Positions 1-10,577 are shown, counted from the stretch's first letter. The stretch is DNA of 64,000 bases from an uncultured Chloroflexia bacterium (GCA_963763775.1 CAVXPZ010000001.1:1344001-1408000); one strand, 5' to 3'. Notes: generated by a model not told the origin, from the sequence alone. Program-made: numbers and translations.

Positions 1-573
1 GTCGACGAGGGCGCCGCCATCGCGAACGAGCACGATCCCGATCACCGCGGCCAGACCGGCCGTCGAGACCCAGGTCGACAGCCGGGAGAGCGCTGGAGCG
101 GATCGCGGGGCCAGCCCACCGATGGCGAAGCCGAGGCCCAGGGGCACGAGGATCCCGAGGACGAGGGTCCGCGCGATCTCGCCGATGGGGAGGGCGCTGA
201 CGCCGGGGGTCAGGATCGCGGCCCACACTGGCATCGCGACGACGTTCGCGAGCTCGAGCACGATCACCAGTCCGATGGCCAGGGGCAGGTCGCCGCGCGC
301 GAGCTGGGTCGCCTTCAGGCCGAGCGGGCCGGCCGACGCGGTCCCGACGATGACGAGGCCGATCGCCTCCTCGGTCGGGACGGCGAACAACCGCGTGAAG
401 GCGATGACCACGAGTGGGACGAGTAGGACATCGAGCGCGACCAGCCGCGCGAAGCGGCCACGGCGGCCGGCGGCGGCGCGCACCGCGCGGAGGTCATGCG
501 AGGCTCCGAGCGCGATGGCCGTGGCCCACAGGGTCACGATGATCGCGAGGCCGTACGCCAAGTCCAGGTCCAC
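1..573 (-). CDS. Bile acid:sodium symporter (BASS) family transporter, 3' end outside window
   Basis: Manual translation from GTG 573: VDLDLAYGLAIIVTLWATAIALG...LLVPLVVIAF...GTASAGPLGLKATQLARGDLPLAIGLVIVLELANVVAMP; multi-TM, BASS-like; not in ORF track. Confidence 0.7.
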   Translation of the reverse strand, partial: MDLDLAYGLAIIVTLWATAIALGASHDLRAVRAAAGRRGRFARLVALDVLLVPLVVIAFTRLFAVPTEEAIGLVIVGTASAGPLGLKATQLARGDLPLAIGLVIVLELANVVAMPVWAAILTPGVSALPIGEIARTLVLGILVPLGLGFAIGGLAPRSAPALSRLSTWVSTAGLAAVIGIVLVRDGGALVD

Positions 574-642
574 GGACGATCGAGCCGCCTCTGTGATGCC
601 TCGCGCGGGCCGCGCGAGCGGCCGACACGATAGCAGGCGGCC

Positions 643-3600
643 TCAGGCGGGCGTGCCCTCCAGCGGCGCGGGCGGCGGCGTGGCCGATGACGCGGGCGTC
701 GGCGTCGTCGAGCGCTGGACGCGCCGCTTGAGCCCGTCCACCAGCGAGTAGAGCACGGGGATCACGAGGAGCGTCAGGAACGTCGAGCTGAAGAGGCCGC
801 CGATGACCACCGTGCCGAGCTCGGCCGCGATGATGCTCCCCTGGTTGAACCCCGCGGCGAGCGGGATCAGGGCGAGGATCGTCGCGATGGCCGTCATCAG
901 GATCGGCCGGACGCGGGTACGGCCACCCTCGATGAGGGCCTCGTGGGTGGATCGGCCCTCGCGCCGCAGACGCTCCACGAGGTCCAGCAGGACGATCGCG
1001 TTCGTCACGACGATCCCGATGAGCATCAGGAACCCGATCAGGGCGCTGACGCCGATCGGCCGGCCGGTGATGAACAGGGCCGGGAAGGCGCCGATGAGGG
1101 CCAGCGGCAGGCTGAACAGGATGATGAACGGCGTCACGAGCGAGTTGAACGTGAGGACCATCATCACGTAGACCAGCAGGATGGCCACGCCCATCGAGGC
1201 GAACAGGCCGCCGAACGCCTCGTTCTGCTGGGCGGTCACGCCCGCGAGCTCGACGGTGGCACCCGCCGGGATCTCGCCCGAGGCCTTCATCGCGTCGATC
1301 TGCTTCGACACGGACTGCGAGACCGCGCCCGTGTTGTCGCTGGTGATCTCGGCGGTGATCGAGGAGGCCGGCGACTGGTCGATGCGGGTGATGCTGCCCT
1401 GCACGTCGGCCTGCGCCACGTCGGCGACCTGGCCGAGCGGCACCTTCGCGACCGTGCCCACGGGCAGCGTCTTGAGCGAGTCGACCGAGGTGACCTTCGC
1501 CGGGTCGAGCTGGACGAGCAGGTCGACGGTCTTCCCGTCCTCGAGCGTCACCTGGGTCGCGTTGGTCGGCACCAGCGCCGTGCGGACCTCGTTGGCGACC
1601 TGCGCGGCGGTCAGGCCGACCGCGATCGCCTTGGCCGGGTCCACGGTGACCTGGATCTCGGCTGTGGCCTTGACGAGGTCGCTCTGGAGGTTGGCGAGAT
1701 CCGGCTCGTCCTTGAGGGCCGTGACGACCGACTCGGTCGTCGAGGCCACGAGAGCCGGATCCTCGGCGCTCACGATGATGTTCAGGCCGTTCGACGTGAA
1801 GCCGGCCGCCTCGGAGACCTGGACGTCGTACCCGTCGGTCTTGAGCGGCGCCATCGAACTGGCGATCGATGTGGTCTTGTCGCCGAGGTCGACCTTCGGG
1901 TCCAACCGGACGGTGATCGTCGCACTGTTCGCCGGTCGACCGCTGCGGGCCGCGACCAGCGTCTGGAAGCTGGTATCGCCCTCACCGGGGATCGTCGTCT
2001 GGATGAGCTGGACGTCCGGATCCGCGTCGAGGATCGCCTCTGCCTTGATGGCGGTCGCGAGCACGGCCTCGGACGACGTCCCCGATGGCGGCGCGATGCT
2101 GACCTGGAGGATCTTCTCCGAGCCGGCGTTGATGAACTGCGTCGGCAGGCGCGGGACCAGGGACACGGCGAGCACGAAGAGGATGCCCGCGACGGCCAGG
2201 ACGCCGAACTTCGTGGCCCGCGACCGCAGGGCGAACGTGATCGCCGGCGTGTAGCTCCGGACCCAGATCGACCGGACCGGCTCGCCGTCCTCGTCGACGT
2301 CGACCTTGACCTTATCGATCAGGAAGTACGCCAGGACCGGCACGACCGTCAGCGCGCAGATCAGCGACGCGAGGAGGGCGAACGTGACCGTGAGCGCGAA
2401 CGGCAGGAAGAACTGGCTCACCAGTCCGCCGACGAACCCGAGCGGCAAGAAGACCGCCACGGTCGTCAGGGTGCTCGCGGTGATCGCCCCGGCGACCTCC
2501 TTCGGGCCGTTGAGGGACGCGGTCATGCGGTCCTCGCCGAGCGCCCGGTGCCGGTAGATGTTCTCGAGGACGACGATCGCGTCGTCCACCACGCGTCCGA
2601 CCGCGACCGCCAGACCGCCGAGGGTCATGATGTTCAGGCTGATGCCCGTGATCTGCATGACCACGAGTGCCGTCAGGATCGAGAGCGGGATGCTGACGGC
2701 CGCCACGAGTGTCGCGCGCAGGCTGAACAGGAACAGGAAGATCGTGATGATCGCGAAGAGCGCGCCGAGGCCGCCCTCGCGGATCAGGCCGTCCGTCGAC
2801 TCCGTGATGAAGTCCGACAGGTCCGAGACGATGGTCACGGTCAGGACGTCGGCGTGTCGCTGCGAGATCTCGTCGAGTTTGGCCGTGACCGCCGCCGCCA
2901 CGTCGACCGTGTTCGCGTCCGAGGTCTTCGTGACCGACAGGCTGAGCGACGGGTTGCCGTTCGTGCGGCCGAAGCCGGTGGTCGCGACGGCATCGGTCGC
3001 CACGGTCCCGAGGTCGCCGATCGTGATCGGCGACGGCGCCGGCGGCTGGACGGCCGGCTGCGCCGATGCGCCCGGCACCGGCGATGCGGGCGGGAGCGGC
3101 GCGGCCTTGTAGCCGACGACGAGGTCCGAGATCCCGGCCGGGTCGATGGTCCCGATGGTCGACACCGGGATCCGCGTCCCGCCGTCGACGAGCTGACCGG
3201 ACGGGAGCGTCAGGTTGTTCGCCTGGAGGACGCCCACGACCTGCTGGGCCGAGACCCCGTTCGCCGCGAGCTTGTCCGGGTCGAGCGTGACCACGAGACG
3301 CGTCTCGAGACCGCCGGTGATGTCGGCGCTGGCGACGCCCTCGATCCCCTGGATCTCCGGGACGATCTCGGTCCGGGCGATGTCGGCGGCCTTCGGCAGC
3401 CCGTCCTGGGTCGTGGACGCGATCGACGCGATGATGACCGGCGAGGCGTTGATGTTGAGGGCCGACACGTTCGGGGTCACGGTCGACGGCAGCCCGGCCT
3501 TGGCGATCCCCTCCTGGACGGCGGCGGTCGCCTCTTTCACGTTCGTCCCGTACGAGAACTGGGCGATCACGAGGGCGATCGAGTTCGCCGAAGTGGACTG

Positions 3601-3843
3601 GACCGTCTCCAGCCGCGGGATCCCGGCGATGACCTGCTCGATCGGCTTGGCGACCTGGTCGGCGACGTCCGACGAGCCGGCGCCGGGATACGGCGCGATG
3701 ACCGTGATGACCGGGAACTCGATGTCCGGGAGCAGCTCCTGCTTGAGGCTGCCCCACGCGGACAAGCCGGCGATGAAGAGCCCGAAGGCCAGGAGGAGCG
3801 TGACGCTCCGCTTGTTGACGGCCAGTCGGCTGAGTCGGCTCAC
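643..3843 (-). CDS. RND (AcrB/AcrD/AcrF family) efflux permease
   Basis: LPDIEFPVITV, GRVVDDAIVVLENI, GIVVTNAIVLLD, RVRPILMT motifs; GGGGAG RBS before GTG 3843. Confidence 0.92.
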   Translation of the reverse strand: MSRLSRLAVNKRSVTLLLAFGLFIAGLSAWGSLKQELLPDIEFPVITVIAPYPGAGSSDVADQVAKPIEQVIAGIPRLETVQSTSANSIALVIAQFSYGTNVKEATAAVQEGIAKAGLPSTVTPNVSALNINASPVIIASIASTTQDGLPKAADIARTEIVPEIQGIEGVASADITGGLETRLVVTLDPDKLAANGVSAQQVVGVLQANNLTLPSGQLVDGGTRIPVSTIGTIDPAGISDLVVGYKAAPLPPASPVPGASAQPAVQPPAPSPITIGDLGTVATDAVATTGFGRTNGNPSLSLSVTKTSDANTVDVAAAVTAKLDEISQRHADVLTVTIVSDLSDFITESTDGLIREGGLGALFAIITIFLFLFSLRATLVAAVSIPLSILTALVVMQITGISLNIMTLGGLAVAVGRVVDDAIVVLENIYRHRALGEDRMTASLNGPKEVAGAITASTLTTVAVFLPLGFVGGLVSQFFLPFALTVTFALLASLICALTVVPVLAYFLIDKVKVDVDEDGEPVRSIWVRSYTPAITFALRSRATKFGVLAVAGILFVLAVSLVPRLPTQFINAGSEKILQVSIAPPSGTSSEAVLATAIKAEAILDADPDVQLIQTTIPGEGDTSFQTLVAARSGRPANSATITVRLDPKVDLGDKTTSIASSMAPLKTDGYDVQVSEAAGFTSNGLNIIVSAEDPALVASTTESVVTALKDEPDLANLQSDLVKATAEIQVTVDPAKAIAVGLTAAQVANEVRTALVPTNATQVTLEDGKTVDLLVQLDPAKVTSVDSLKTLPVGTVAKVPLGQVADVAQADVQGSITRIDQSPASSITAEITSDNTGAVSQSVSKQIDAMKASGEIPAGATVELAGVTAQQNEAFGGLFASMGVAILLVYVMMVLTFNSLVTPFIILFSLPLALIGAFPALFITGRPIGVSALIGFLMLIGIVVTNAIVLLDLVERLRREGRSTHEALIEGGRTRVRPILMTAIATILALIPLAAGFNQGSIIAAELGTVVIGGLFSSTFLTLLVIPVLYSLVDGLKRRVQRSTTPTPASSATPPPAPLEGTPA

Positions 3844-4359
3844 GAGTGCTCCCCTCGGTGGTGATCGGCGTCGGCGGTGGTGGGTTCGGCGGTGGTGGCT
3901 TCGGCGGTCGGCGGCCCGATCCGACGCGGCGAGCATCAGATCGATGGCCCGCTCGATGACGGGCAGGTCGGCGTCGTCGATGTGGCGAAGGAGGAGGCGG
4001 ATCTGGGCGGCATTGAGCTCGCGAAAACGCTCGAGGATGGATCGCCCGGCCGGCGTCGCACTGATGACGACCTGGCGCCGATCGTTCGGGTCCTCGTGCC
4101 GGGCGGCGAACCCGAGCTCGACCAGCCGGTCGACGAGACCGGTGGCCGTGGACGACGTGACCCCGAGGCCGTGCGCGAGATGCGACATGCGCAGCTCACC
4201 CGCCGCGACGAGCGCATAGAGCGCCTTGACCTGCGCCATCGTGACGTCGAGCTCGTTGAGCTCGGTCGCGTGGTGGCGCATGCCGCGCTGCATCATCGCC
4301 TGGAAGGCCTCGACGATCCGCTCGGTGGCGGCGTCGTCGGCCGGATCGTTCGGCTTCAT
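3840..4359 (-). CDS. MarR family regulator (probable frameshift near 3' end)
   Basis: VTMAQVKAL...LAHGLGVTSSTATGLVDRLVELGFAARHEDPNDRRQVVISATPAG; alternative frame ends TGA overlapping the RND GTG. Confidence 0.85.
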
Positions 4360-4423
4360 CGGAAAGTTCGGCACATCCGTACTATCGGGAAGGACCGAAC
4401 CATATCAGGTCGCCGGGAATCGT

Positions 4424-4451
4424 GAAGCCGGCACCCGGAGGCGCCGGCTTC
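4424..4451 (-). terminator. Hairpin downstream of META gene
   Basis: GAAGCCGGCGCC-TCCG-GGTGCCGGCTTC stem-loop 18 nt after stop; weak U tail. Confidence 0.5.
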
Positions 4452-4468
4452 GGGGCCCGAGGGCTGAC

Positions 4469-4874
4469 CTACTTGAAGGTCATCGTGCCTTCGTTGGCCT
4501 GCGTCAGCACCAGCTGGCTATCGGTGATCGCGTAGCTCACGGTCGTGAAGATCTGCGTCGTGAACAGCTGGTCCATCGACTCAGGAGCGCACGCGACGAG
4601 CGTGCCGGCACCCGGCTGGATGCGTGAGCGAGTTGCCGCTGGTCGTGTAGGCCCCGCTGATCGAGTTGCAGTCCGCCTTCATGGCGTAGGTGCCATCCGA
4701 CTTGAACTCGATCGTGTAGTTCTGCGGGTCCGGCACGACGGACTGGCTCGCCGGGACCTTCTCCGTGGAGGCGGTCCACTGCCAGGAATGGCCGGTCAGG
4801 CTCGACGAGCTGCCGCCACAGGCGGCGACCGCGAACATCGCGGCGACGGCCATCAGCAAGAGGGCTTTGCGCAT
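4469..4874 (-). CDS. META-domain (HslJ-like) lipoprotein, frameshifted
   Basis: Lipobox AVAAC; YTIEFKSDGT..KADCNSISGAY; after shift GTLVACAPESMDQLF...TMTFK*. Confidence 0.75.
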
Positions 4875-4994
4875 CAGGACTCCTTCATCAGTGCGTGGTC
4901 TCCCGATGGTGAAGCATCGCGAACGGATCCGCTCTCGGCATCATCCCGTGCGGATGACCGCCCGTCGGCGGGCGACTCCCGTACCATCGACCGG

Positions 4995-6277
4995 GTGACC
5001 CCGACGACCACCCTCGACCGCGAGACCGCGCGCCGCTTCCTCGTCCTGCGCCACATGCTCGCCCCGCCCAGGTCCCTGCCGCCGGATCCGGCCAGCGTCC
5101 TCAGCGGTCGTCGACCGGCTCGGGTCGCTCCAGTTCGACCCGCTCGACATCGCGGGACGCAATCACGACCTCGTCCTCCTGGCACGGATCGCCGGCTACC
5201 GGCGTCCATGGACCGACGGCCAGCTCTACGAGGCCCGGACCCTGTACGAGACATACAACAAGGGCCTGTCGCTGGTCCCGACCGCGGAGATGCCCTGGTA
5301 CCGGATCACGTGGGACCTGTTCCGCGAGGGTCACGGCGCGGCCACCTTCGAGGCGCATCCGGACCTGGTGGACGAGCTGCTCGGCCGGATCCGGCGGGAC
5401 GGACCGATGTCGGCCACCGATCTCGAGCCCCGGGCGGCGATCGACTGGTACTGGCGGCCGACGAACCCGGTCCGGGCGATCCTCGAAGCGCTCGCCGAAG
5501 CGGGGATCCTGGGGTTGTCGCGGCGCGACGGGAACCGCCGCATCTACGACCTGGTGGAACGGCTCTTCCCCGCCGACCTCCTCGCGGCCACGCGACCGCA
5601 CGACGAGCAGCGCCGGCACAAGGTGCTGTCGCGGTACCGCGCCCACGGCCTGCTCGGGACCAGCGGCCAGGCGGAGATCTTCCTCGGGCTCGGGAAGGCG
5701 CCCGAACGGCGGGCACGCCACGCGGAGCTCGTGGAGGCGGGGACGCTGATCCCGGTCGACGTCGAAGGCGTCAAAGGCCCGCGGTACATCGTCGCCGAGG
5801 ACCTCGACCGCCTCGCGGCCGCACGAGCGGAACTCGCCGACGGCCGGAGCCCAGGAGGTGCCACGCCCGGCGTCTCGTTCCTCGCGCCGCTCGACCCGTT
5901 GGCGTGGGATCGGGAGCTGCTTCGCCGGCTCTGGGACTTCGACTACATCTGGGAGGTCTACGTTCCCGAGGCCAAGCGCCGGTGGGGGTACTACGTCCTG
6001 CCGATCCTGTTCGGCGACCGGTTCATCGGACGGATCGAACCGCGGTTCGATCGCAAGGCGAAGACCCTGCGGATCCTCGCCGTCTGGTGGCAGGACGGCA
6101 TCGATCCGATGGCCGAGCCAGGGCTCGCCGACGCGTTCGCGGACGCCGTCGCCGCGCTCGCGGCGTTCGGCGGAGCGACGCGCGTGGTCTGGCCGAGGAC
6201 GGTCCGCGACCGAGCCGTTCGTGGCGGATGTGCGAGCGGCGATGGACAGGCGCCCGGTGGTCGCCGCCGCCCGATGA
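4995..6277 (+). CDS. YcaQ/AlkZ-like (HTH_42) crosslink-repair DNA glycosylase, frameshifted
   Basis: LGSLQFDPLDIAGRNHDLVL (QxD motif); LAPLDPLAWDR, YIWEVYVPEAKRRWGYYVLPIL; shifts near 5100 and 6210. Confidence 0.85.
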
Positions 6278-6798
6278 CCGGGCGTCCTGATCCGTCCCCG
6301 GGTCCGCCCGTCGGGAGGGCGCTGGATCGCGCTCGCCGCGTCGAGACCTTCGTCTACGGGACCATCGCGACGCTCATCGCACTCGCCGGTTTCGAGAGCC
6401 TCGGCCTCCGTCAGCCGATCGCCGCCGGCGCGATCATCGCGGTCAGCGCGGTCGCGACCTGGTTCGCCCACGCCTACTCGACCGTGCTCGGGGAGCGCGC
6501 CGCGAGCGATCGACCGCTGGACCGGTCGCAGGTGGTACAGGCGCTGCGCGAGGCGTTCCCCATCGTGGTGGCGGCGGTCCCGGCCACCATCCTCGCGGTG
6601 GGCGCGTCGCAGGGGCTCTGGCCACTCGAGACCGCCATCGTCGTGGCCAACATCGCCGGCATCGCCGTCATGGCCGGCGCCGGTCTCGCGGCAGCGAGGG
6701 CGACCCACGCAAGCCCGCGGGGCACCATCGTCTGGGTGGTCGCGTCTGCCGCCATCGGGGCCGCGATCGTGATCGTCGAGCTGGCCGTCCACCACTGA
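6274..6798 (+). CDS. Integral membrane protein
   Basis: ATGA overlap with upstream stop; about 5 TM, VYGTIATLIALAG, WFAHAYS. Confidence 0.7.
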   Translation: MTGRPDPSPGPPVGRALDRARRVETFVYGTIATLIALAGFESLGLRQPIAAGAIIAVSAVATWFAHAYSTVLGERAASDRPLDRSQVVQALREAFPIVVAAVPATILAVGASQGLWPLETAIVVANIAGIAVMAGAGLAAARATHASPRGTIVWVVASAAIGAAIVIVELAVHH

Positions 6799-6824
6799 CC
6801 GACGCGCGATGGACCGGCAGCCGA

Positions 6825-7640
6825 TCAGGTCCGGACCGTCACGACCTTCCAGCTGCCGGGGTTGCCGGCCTTGTCCACGGCGCGGATGCGGAACTGATAG
6901 ACGTGGTGGCGTGCCCACCACTTCGTGGTCGACCGCGTCCCGGTGACCGTCGTCGCGCTCCATGCGCCGCCGTCCACGCGGCGCTGGGTCTCGTACCGGG
7001 CCAGGCCGGACGTCAGGACCTGGAGCCGCGTGTCCGCACCGGTCCAGCGGATCACGACCTTGGCGGTCTTCGCGCTCGCCACCGACTTGGCGACGGAGGT
7101 GATCTTCACCCAGGCTCCGGTGCGATCCGGCCCCTTCATGAAGACACCTGCCCAGTACCGGCGACCGGTCGTCGGCGAGACGGCCACGCCCATGCCGATG
7201 TAGTTGTACTGGGTCGACAGCATGATGGCCTTGTGCGGCGCGGAGCCCAGCCAGCTCTTGACCGCCGTCGCTGCCGACGAGGTCAGGGCCGAGGTCGAGT
7301 TCAGCGCGATGATCTCCCCGGCGCCGTACCACGCGATGCCCTGGGCGCTCATGAGGTCCCACACGGCCTGTCCGCCGGCGTGGGTGTGACTGAGGAGGTC
7401 GTTCTCCGCCATGTACACGGCGCGCTCGCGAGCGAGGGCCGCCAGGCGGCTGTCAAGGCGCAGCCTGACGAGACCACGCGACGCGCGCTGATCGTTGATC
7501 CGGGTCAGCGCGCTCGTCTCCGCGGCCGAGACCGAGGCCTCGGACGGCATCGCGACGGACGCCGACGCGACGGGCGCCAGCGACACGGCGAGGAGCATCA
7601 CGAGGCCCAGCGGACCGAGGCGGCGGGCAAGCGATCGCAT
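6825..7640 (-). CDS. Secreted CAP (SCP) domain protein with C-terminal FN3-like domain
   Basis: Signal peptide; INDQRASRG, LSHT, GEIIA, WLGSAPHKAIML; YQFRIRAVDKAGN. Confidence 0.85.
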   Translation of the reverse strand: MRSLARRLGPLGLVMLLAVSLAPVASASVAMPSEASVSAAETSALTRINDQRASRGLVRLRLDSRLAALARERAVYMAENDLLSHTHAGGQAVWDLMSAQGIAWYGAGEIIALNSTSALTSSAATAVKSWLGSAPHKAIMLSTQYNYIGMGVAVSPTTGRRYWAGVFMKGPDRTGAWVKITSVAKSVASAKTAKVVIRWTGADTRLQVLTSGLARYETQRRVDGGAWSATTVTGTRSTTKWWARHHVYQFRIRAVDKAGNPGSWKVVTVRT

Positions 7641-7677
7641 GCCCCGATCCTATGGACGCCGACCCCTGACGACACCC

Positions 7678-7691
7678 GGGACGATGGTCAC
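7678..7691. promoter_or_regulatory. DosR/DevR-box-like site
   Basis: GGGACGATGGTCAC; 7676-7691 is 15/16 identical to 32219-32234; centred about -44.5 from CAP ATG. Confidence 0.45.
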
Positions 7692-7852
7692 ATCCCCGGA
7701 CCGCACCGCCTGCGAGCAGACCTCCGCCGACGGCCTCACGAGAGGGCGCCGGACGACGTGCACGCTCGACGGATCGGTGCGTGCGGGCCACGCTTCCTCG
7801 GCCTGTGGGACCATGACCGGGTCAGAACCCATGCGAGCCCAAGGAGTCGCCC

Positions 7853-8296
7853 GTGGCCATCGTCAGTCGCGCAGAAGCCACCTGGTCCGGAACACTCGCC
7901 GAGGGGACCGGGTCCGTGAGTGCCGTGTCCAGCGGGCTCTTCACCTCCCTCCCGATCGACTGGTCGGCCCGGACGGAGGCCCACGGCGGACGGACCAGCC
8001 CCGAGGAGCTCCTCGCCTCCGCGCACGCCTCGTGCTACGCGATGGCGCTGTCCGGCCGGCTCGGACGAGCCGGCACGCCGGCCGAGCGACTCGACGTGAC
8101 CGCCGACGTCACCTTCGAGAAGCTCGAGGCGGGCTGGCGCGTGGTCTCGAGCGCCCTCACCGTCCGCGGGATCGTGCCCGGCAGTTCGGCGGATGCGTTC
8201 GCGGCGGACGCCGAAGCGGCCAAGGACGGCTGCCCGATCAGCCAGGCGCTCACGGGCAACGTGGCGCTGAGCGTGACCGCCACCCTCGAGGGCTGA
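7853..8296 (+). CDS. osmC: OsmC family peroxiredoxin
   Basis: TSPEELLASAHASCYAMALS and AKDGCPISQAL, two catalytic Cys; AGGAG RBS. Confidence 0.92.
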   Translation: MAIVSRAEATWSGTLAEGTGSVSAVSSGLFTSLPIDWSARTEAHGGRTSPEELLASAHASCYAMALSGRLGRAGTPAERLDVTADVTFEKLEAGWRVVSSALTVRGIVPGSSADAFAADAEAAKDGCPISQALTGNVALSVTATLEG

Positions 8297-8304
8297 ACGC
8301 CCCG

Positions 8305-8330
8305 GTCCCTGTGACGAACGGGTCAGGGAC
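8305..8330 (+). terminator. Hairpin after osmC
   Basis: GTCCCTG...CAGGGAC inverted repeat 9 nt after stop. Confidence 0.35.
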
Positions 8331-8359
8331 ACGCCCGGCTCGCTGACTAGCATCGGCCC

Positions 8360-9622
8360 GTGACTGCTGTCGACCGCTCGGTCGATCGCCGCGATCGAGC
8401 CATCCTCGGACGGCTCCTCGCCGCCCTCGCCGAGCTCCGTACCGTCCCGGCCCGGTTGCGTGCCACCGACTATCTCGCGGTGGGCGGCAGCCGCCGTTTC
8501 CGGGCCGTCCAGCGACGTCGGACGCGCATCGCCAGCCGGGCGGGGTTCCTCGTGGTCGCGGCGGCGGTCGGGTTCGATGCCATCGCGCTCGTCGGGCTCG
8601 GCGGCGGTCTCGAGACCGGGGTGGCGGTCGCGCTCGATGTCGCGGTCATGGTCATGGCGGTCGCCGGATGGTGGCTCCTGGCGCGGTCGCTGCGGCATGT
8701 CCCCGAGGCCGCGGCCTGGGTCGTGTCGATGGCGGTCGCGCTCTCGACGGTGGTCACCGGCCTCGCGGCGCCCGACCTGACCGTGCAGACGGTCGGCTAC
8801 CTGCTCCTGTTGCCGGGTCTCGTCGCGCTCGTGCTGCCGTGGCGGACGAGCGTCCACCTCCGGTGGCTGCTCGCGTTCACGGTCGTGGCCGTCGGCTATC
8901 TCGCCGTCGGCGTCACCGGCCGCTTCTCCGCCGACGAGCGCGGGGACCTCGTGACCGTGCTGTTCGTGGCGCTCGGGGCGAGCCTCGCGGGCCACGTCCT
9001 GCTCCAGCGCGCGCAGATCCGCAGCTTCGCCCAGATCGAGAGCATCCGGGCGCTGCGGCGGCGCGCGGATGCCGACATGGTCGAGCTCGAGCGGGTCCAT
9101 CACGCCCTCGAGCTCACGGCCCGCATCGACGCCCTGACCGGCGCCGGGAACCGCCGTCGACTCGACGAGGACCTCCGGGCGGTCCGCGCCCACATCGACC
9201 GGTCGTCCATGACGTACGGCCTCCTCGAGATCGACCTCGACCACTTCAAGGGCGTCAACGACCATTTCGGCCACCTCGCGGGCGACGATGTCCTGCGCCG
9301 GGTCGTCGAGAGCATCCAGGGCACGCTGCGGGCGACCGACGCGGTCTACCGATACGGCGGCGAGGAGTTCGTCGTGATCCTGCCCGTGCCGACCCCCGAG
9401 GCGCTGACCGCCGCCGCCGAGCGGCTGCGGGCCGTCGTGGAGGCGCTCGCCATCGAGCACCCGGAGAACGTCGGGCACGGCGTCGTGACCGTGAGCGTCG
9501 GCGCGACGCTCATCGACGCCGGGAGCCTGGCGCTGAACGACGAGGACTGGTTCGCCCGGACGGACCGCGCGCTCTACGAGGCCAAGGCGACCGGCCGAAA
9601 TCGAGTGTGCGCCGCGTTGTGA
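8360..9622 (+). CDS. Membrane-bound diguanylate cyclase (GGDEF)
   Basis: Multi-TM N-terminus; DALTGAGNRR, DLDHFKGVND, RATD I-site, RYGGEEF. Confidence 0.92.
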   Translation: MTAVDRSVDRRDRAILGRLLAALAELRTVPARLRATDYLAVGGSRRFRAVQRRRTRIASRAGFLVVAAAVGFDAIALVGLGGGLETGVAVALDVAVMVMAVAGWWLLARSLRHVPEAAAWVVSMAVALSTVVTGLAAPDLTVQTVGYLLLLPGLVALVLPWRTSVHLRWLLAFTVVAVGYLAVGVTGRFSADERGDLVTVLFVALGASLAGHVLLQRAQIRSFAQIESIRALRRRADADMVELERVHHALELTARIDALTGAGNRRRLDEDLRAVRAHIDRSSMTYGLLEIDLDHFKGVNDHFGHLAGDDVLRRVVESIQGTLRATDAVYRYGGEEFVVILPVPTPEALTAAAERLRAVVEALAIEHPENVGHGVVTVSVGATLIDAGSLALNDEDWFARTDRALYEAKATGRNRVCAAL

Positions 9623-9627
9623 CGCGC

Positions 9628-10566
9628 CTAGCCGAGGGTCAGGAGTCGCCGCGGGTTGGCGACGGTCATGGTCTCGATCTCGGCCTCGGATACGCCGGCG
9701 GCGCGGAGCCGTGGCAGGAACGTCTGCGCCAGGTACGCATAGCCGTTGCCCCCGTACCGGACGAGCTGGGCGTCGTGGCAGACGTCCTGGCTCAGCAGGA
9801 CCCGCTCGACGTGCCCCTTGGCGAGCAGCTCGCAGAGGCGCTCGATGACCCGGTCCTCGCCATGGCGCTCCTGCGGCGTGAACGACATCCCGAGGAAGTC
9901 GAACTCGACGCTCGCCCCGCGTTCCACGATCGCGAGGTAGTGCGCCAGCACCGGGTAGGAATCGGCGTGGCCGATGACGATGCGGGTGGGGTCCGCGCCC
10001 TCGGCCTCGAACAGGTCGAGCTGATCCAGCCCGACCGGTGACAGGACCGCGTGCGTCGTGATGGCCAGACCCGTCCGCCGGGCGGCGCGACCCACGGCGC
10101 GGTGGACTCGTTCCTCGCGGGCGGACACCCATGGCTTGTCGGTCCCGATCTCGCCGAGGATGCCGGGCTTGACGCCGGTCTGCCCCACGCCCTCGGTCGC
10201 CTCCCGGACGAGGTCGTCGGCGAGCGCGTCGACGGATCGCCGGTCGATGAGGGCCTCGGCCGGGTAGTAGGCCTCGCGATACCACCCGCAGCCCATGACG
10301 ACATGGAGGCCGCTCGCGGTGGCGATGGCGCGGAGCCAATCCGGGTCACGCCCCACGCCGGTCGGCGTCAGGTCGACGATCGCGCCGCCGCCGGCGTCGC
10401 GGAACCGCGCCAGCTCCTCGAGGATGAGCGGCTCGTCGCGGGTCAGCTGCCAGTAGTCCCAGCGGTCCGGCACGTGCCACAGGGCGATCTGCGTGTGCTC
10501 GTGCGGCAGCGTGACCCCGAGCGTGGCGGGGTCGATCGGCCCGAGGACGGTCTGGACGTGCGGCAT
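9628..10566 (-). CDS. Phosphotriesterase-family amidohydrolase (PTE/Php)
   Basis: VQTVLGPI..LGVTLPHEH, GEIG, ITTH, IGHAD, LLSQDVC. Confidence 0.9.
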   Translation of the reverse strand: MPHVQTVLGPIDPATLGVTLPHEHTQIALWHVPDRWDYWQLTRDEPLILEELARFRDAGGGAIVDLTPTGVGRDPDWLRAIATASGLHVVMGCGWYREAYYPAEALIDRRSVDALADDLVREATEGVGQTGVKPGILGEIGTDKPWVSAREERVHRAVGRAARRTGLAITTHAVLSPVGLDQLDLFEAEGADPTRIVIGHADSYPVLAHYLAIVERGASVEFDFLGMSFTPQERHGEDRVIERLCELLAKGHVERVLLSQDVCHDAQLVRYGGNGYAYLAQTFLPRLRAAGVSEAEIETMTVANPRRLLTLG

Positions 10567-10577
10567 CGAGCGCGATG

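Noticed and set aside
943-3864. Long antisense or alternate-frame ORFs (also 15374-19273, 39731-42391, 31238-34069 and others)
   Set aside because: Arg/Pro-rich shadows of real genes caused by high GC and few stop codons; no motifs
5290-6798. Glycosylase-membrane protein fusion
   Set aside because: Alternative frame gives TGA overlapping ATG 6274 (ATGA coupling)
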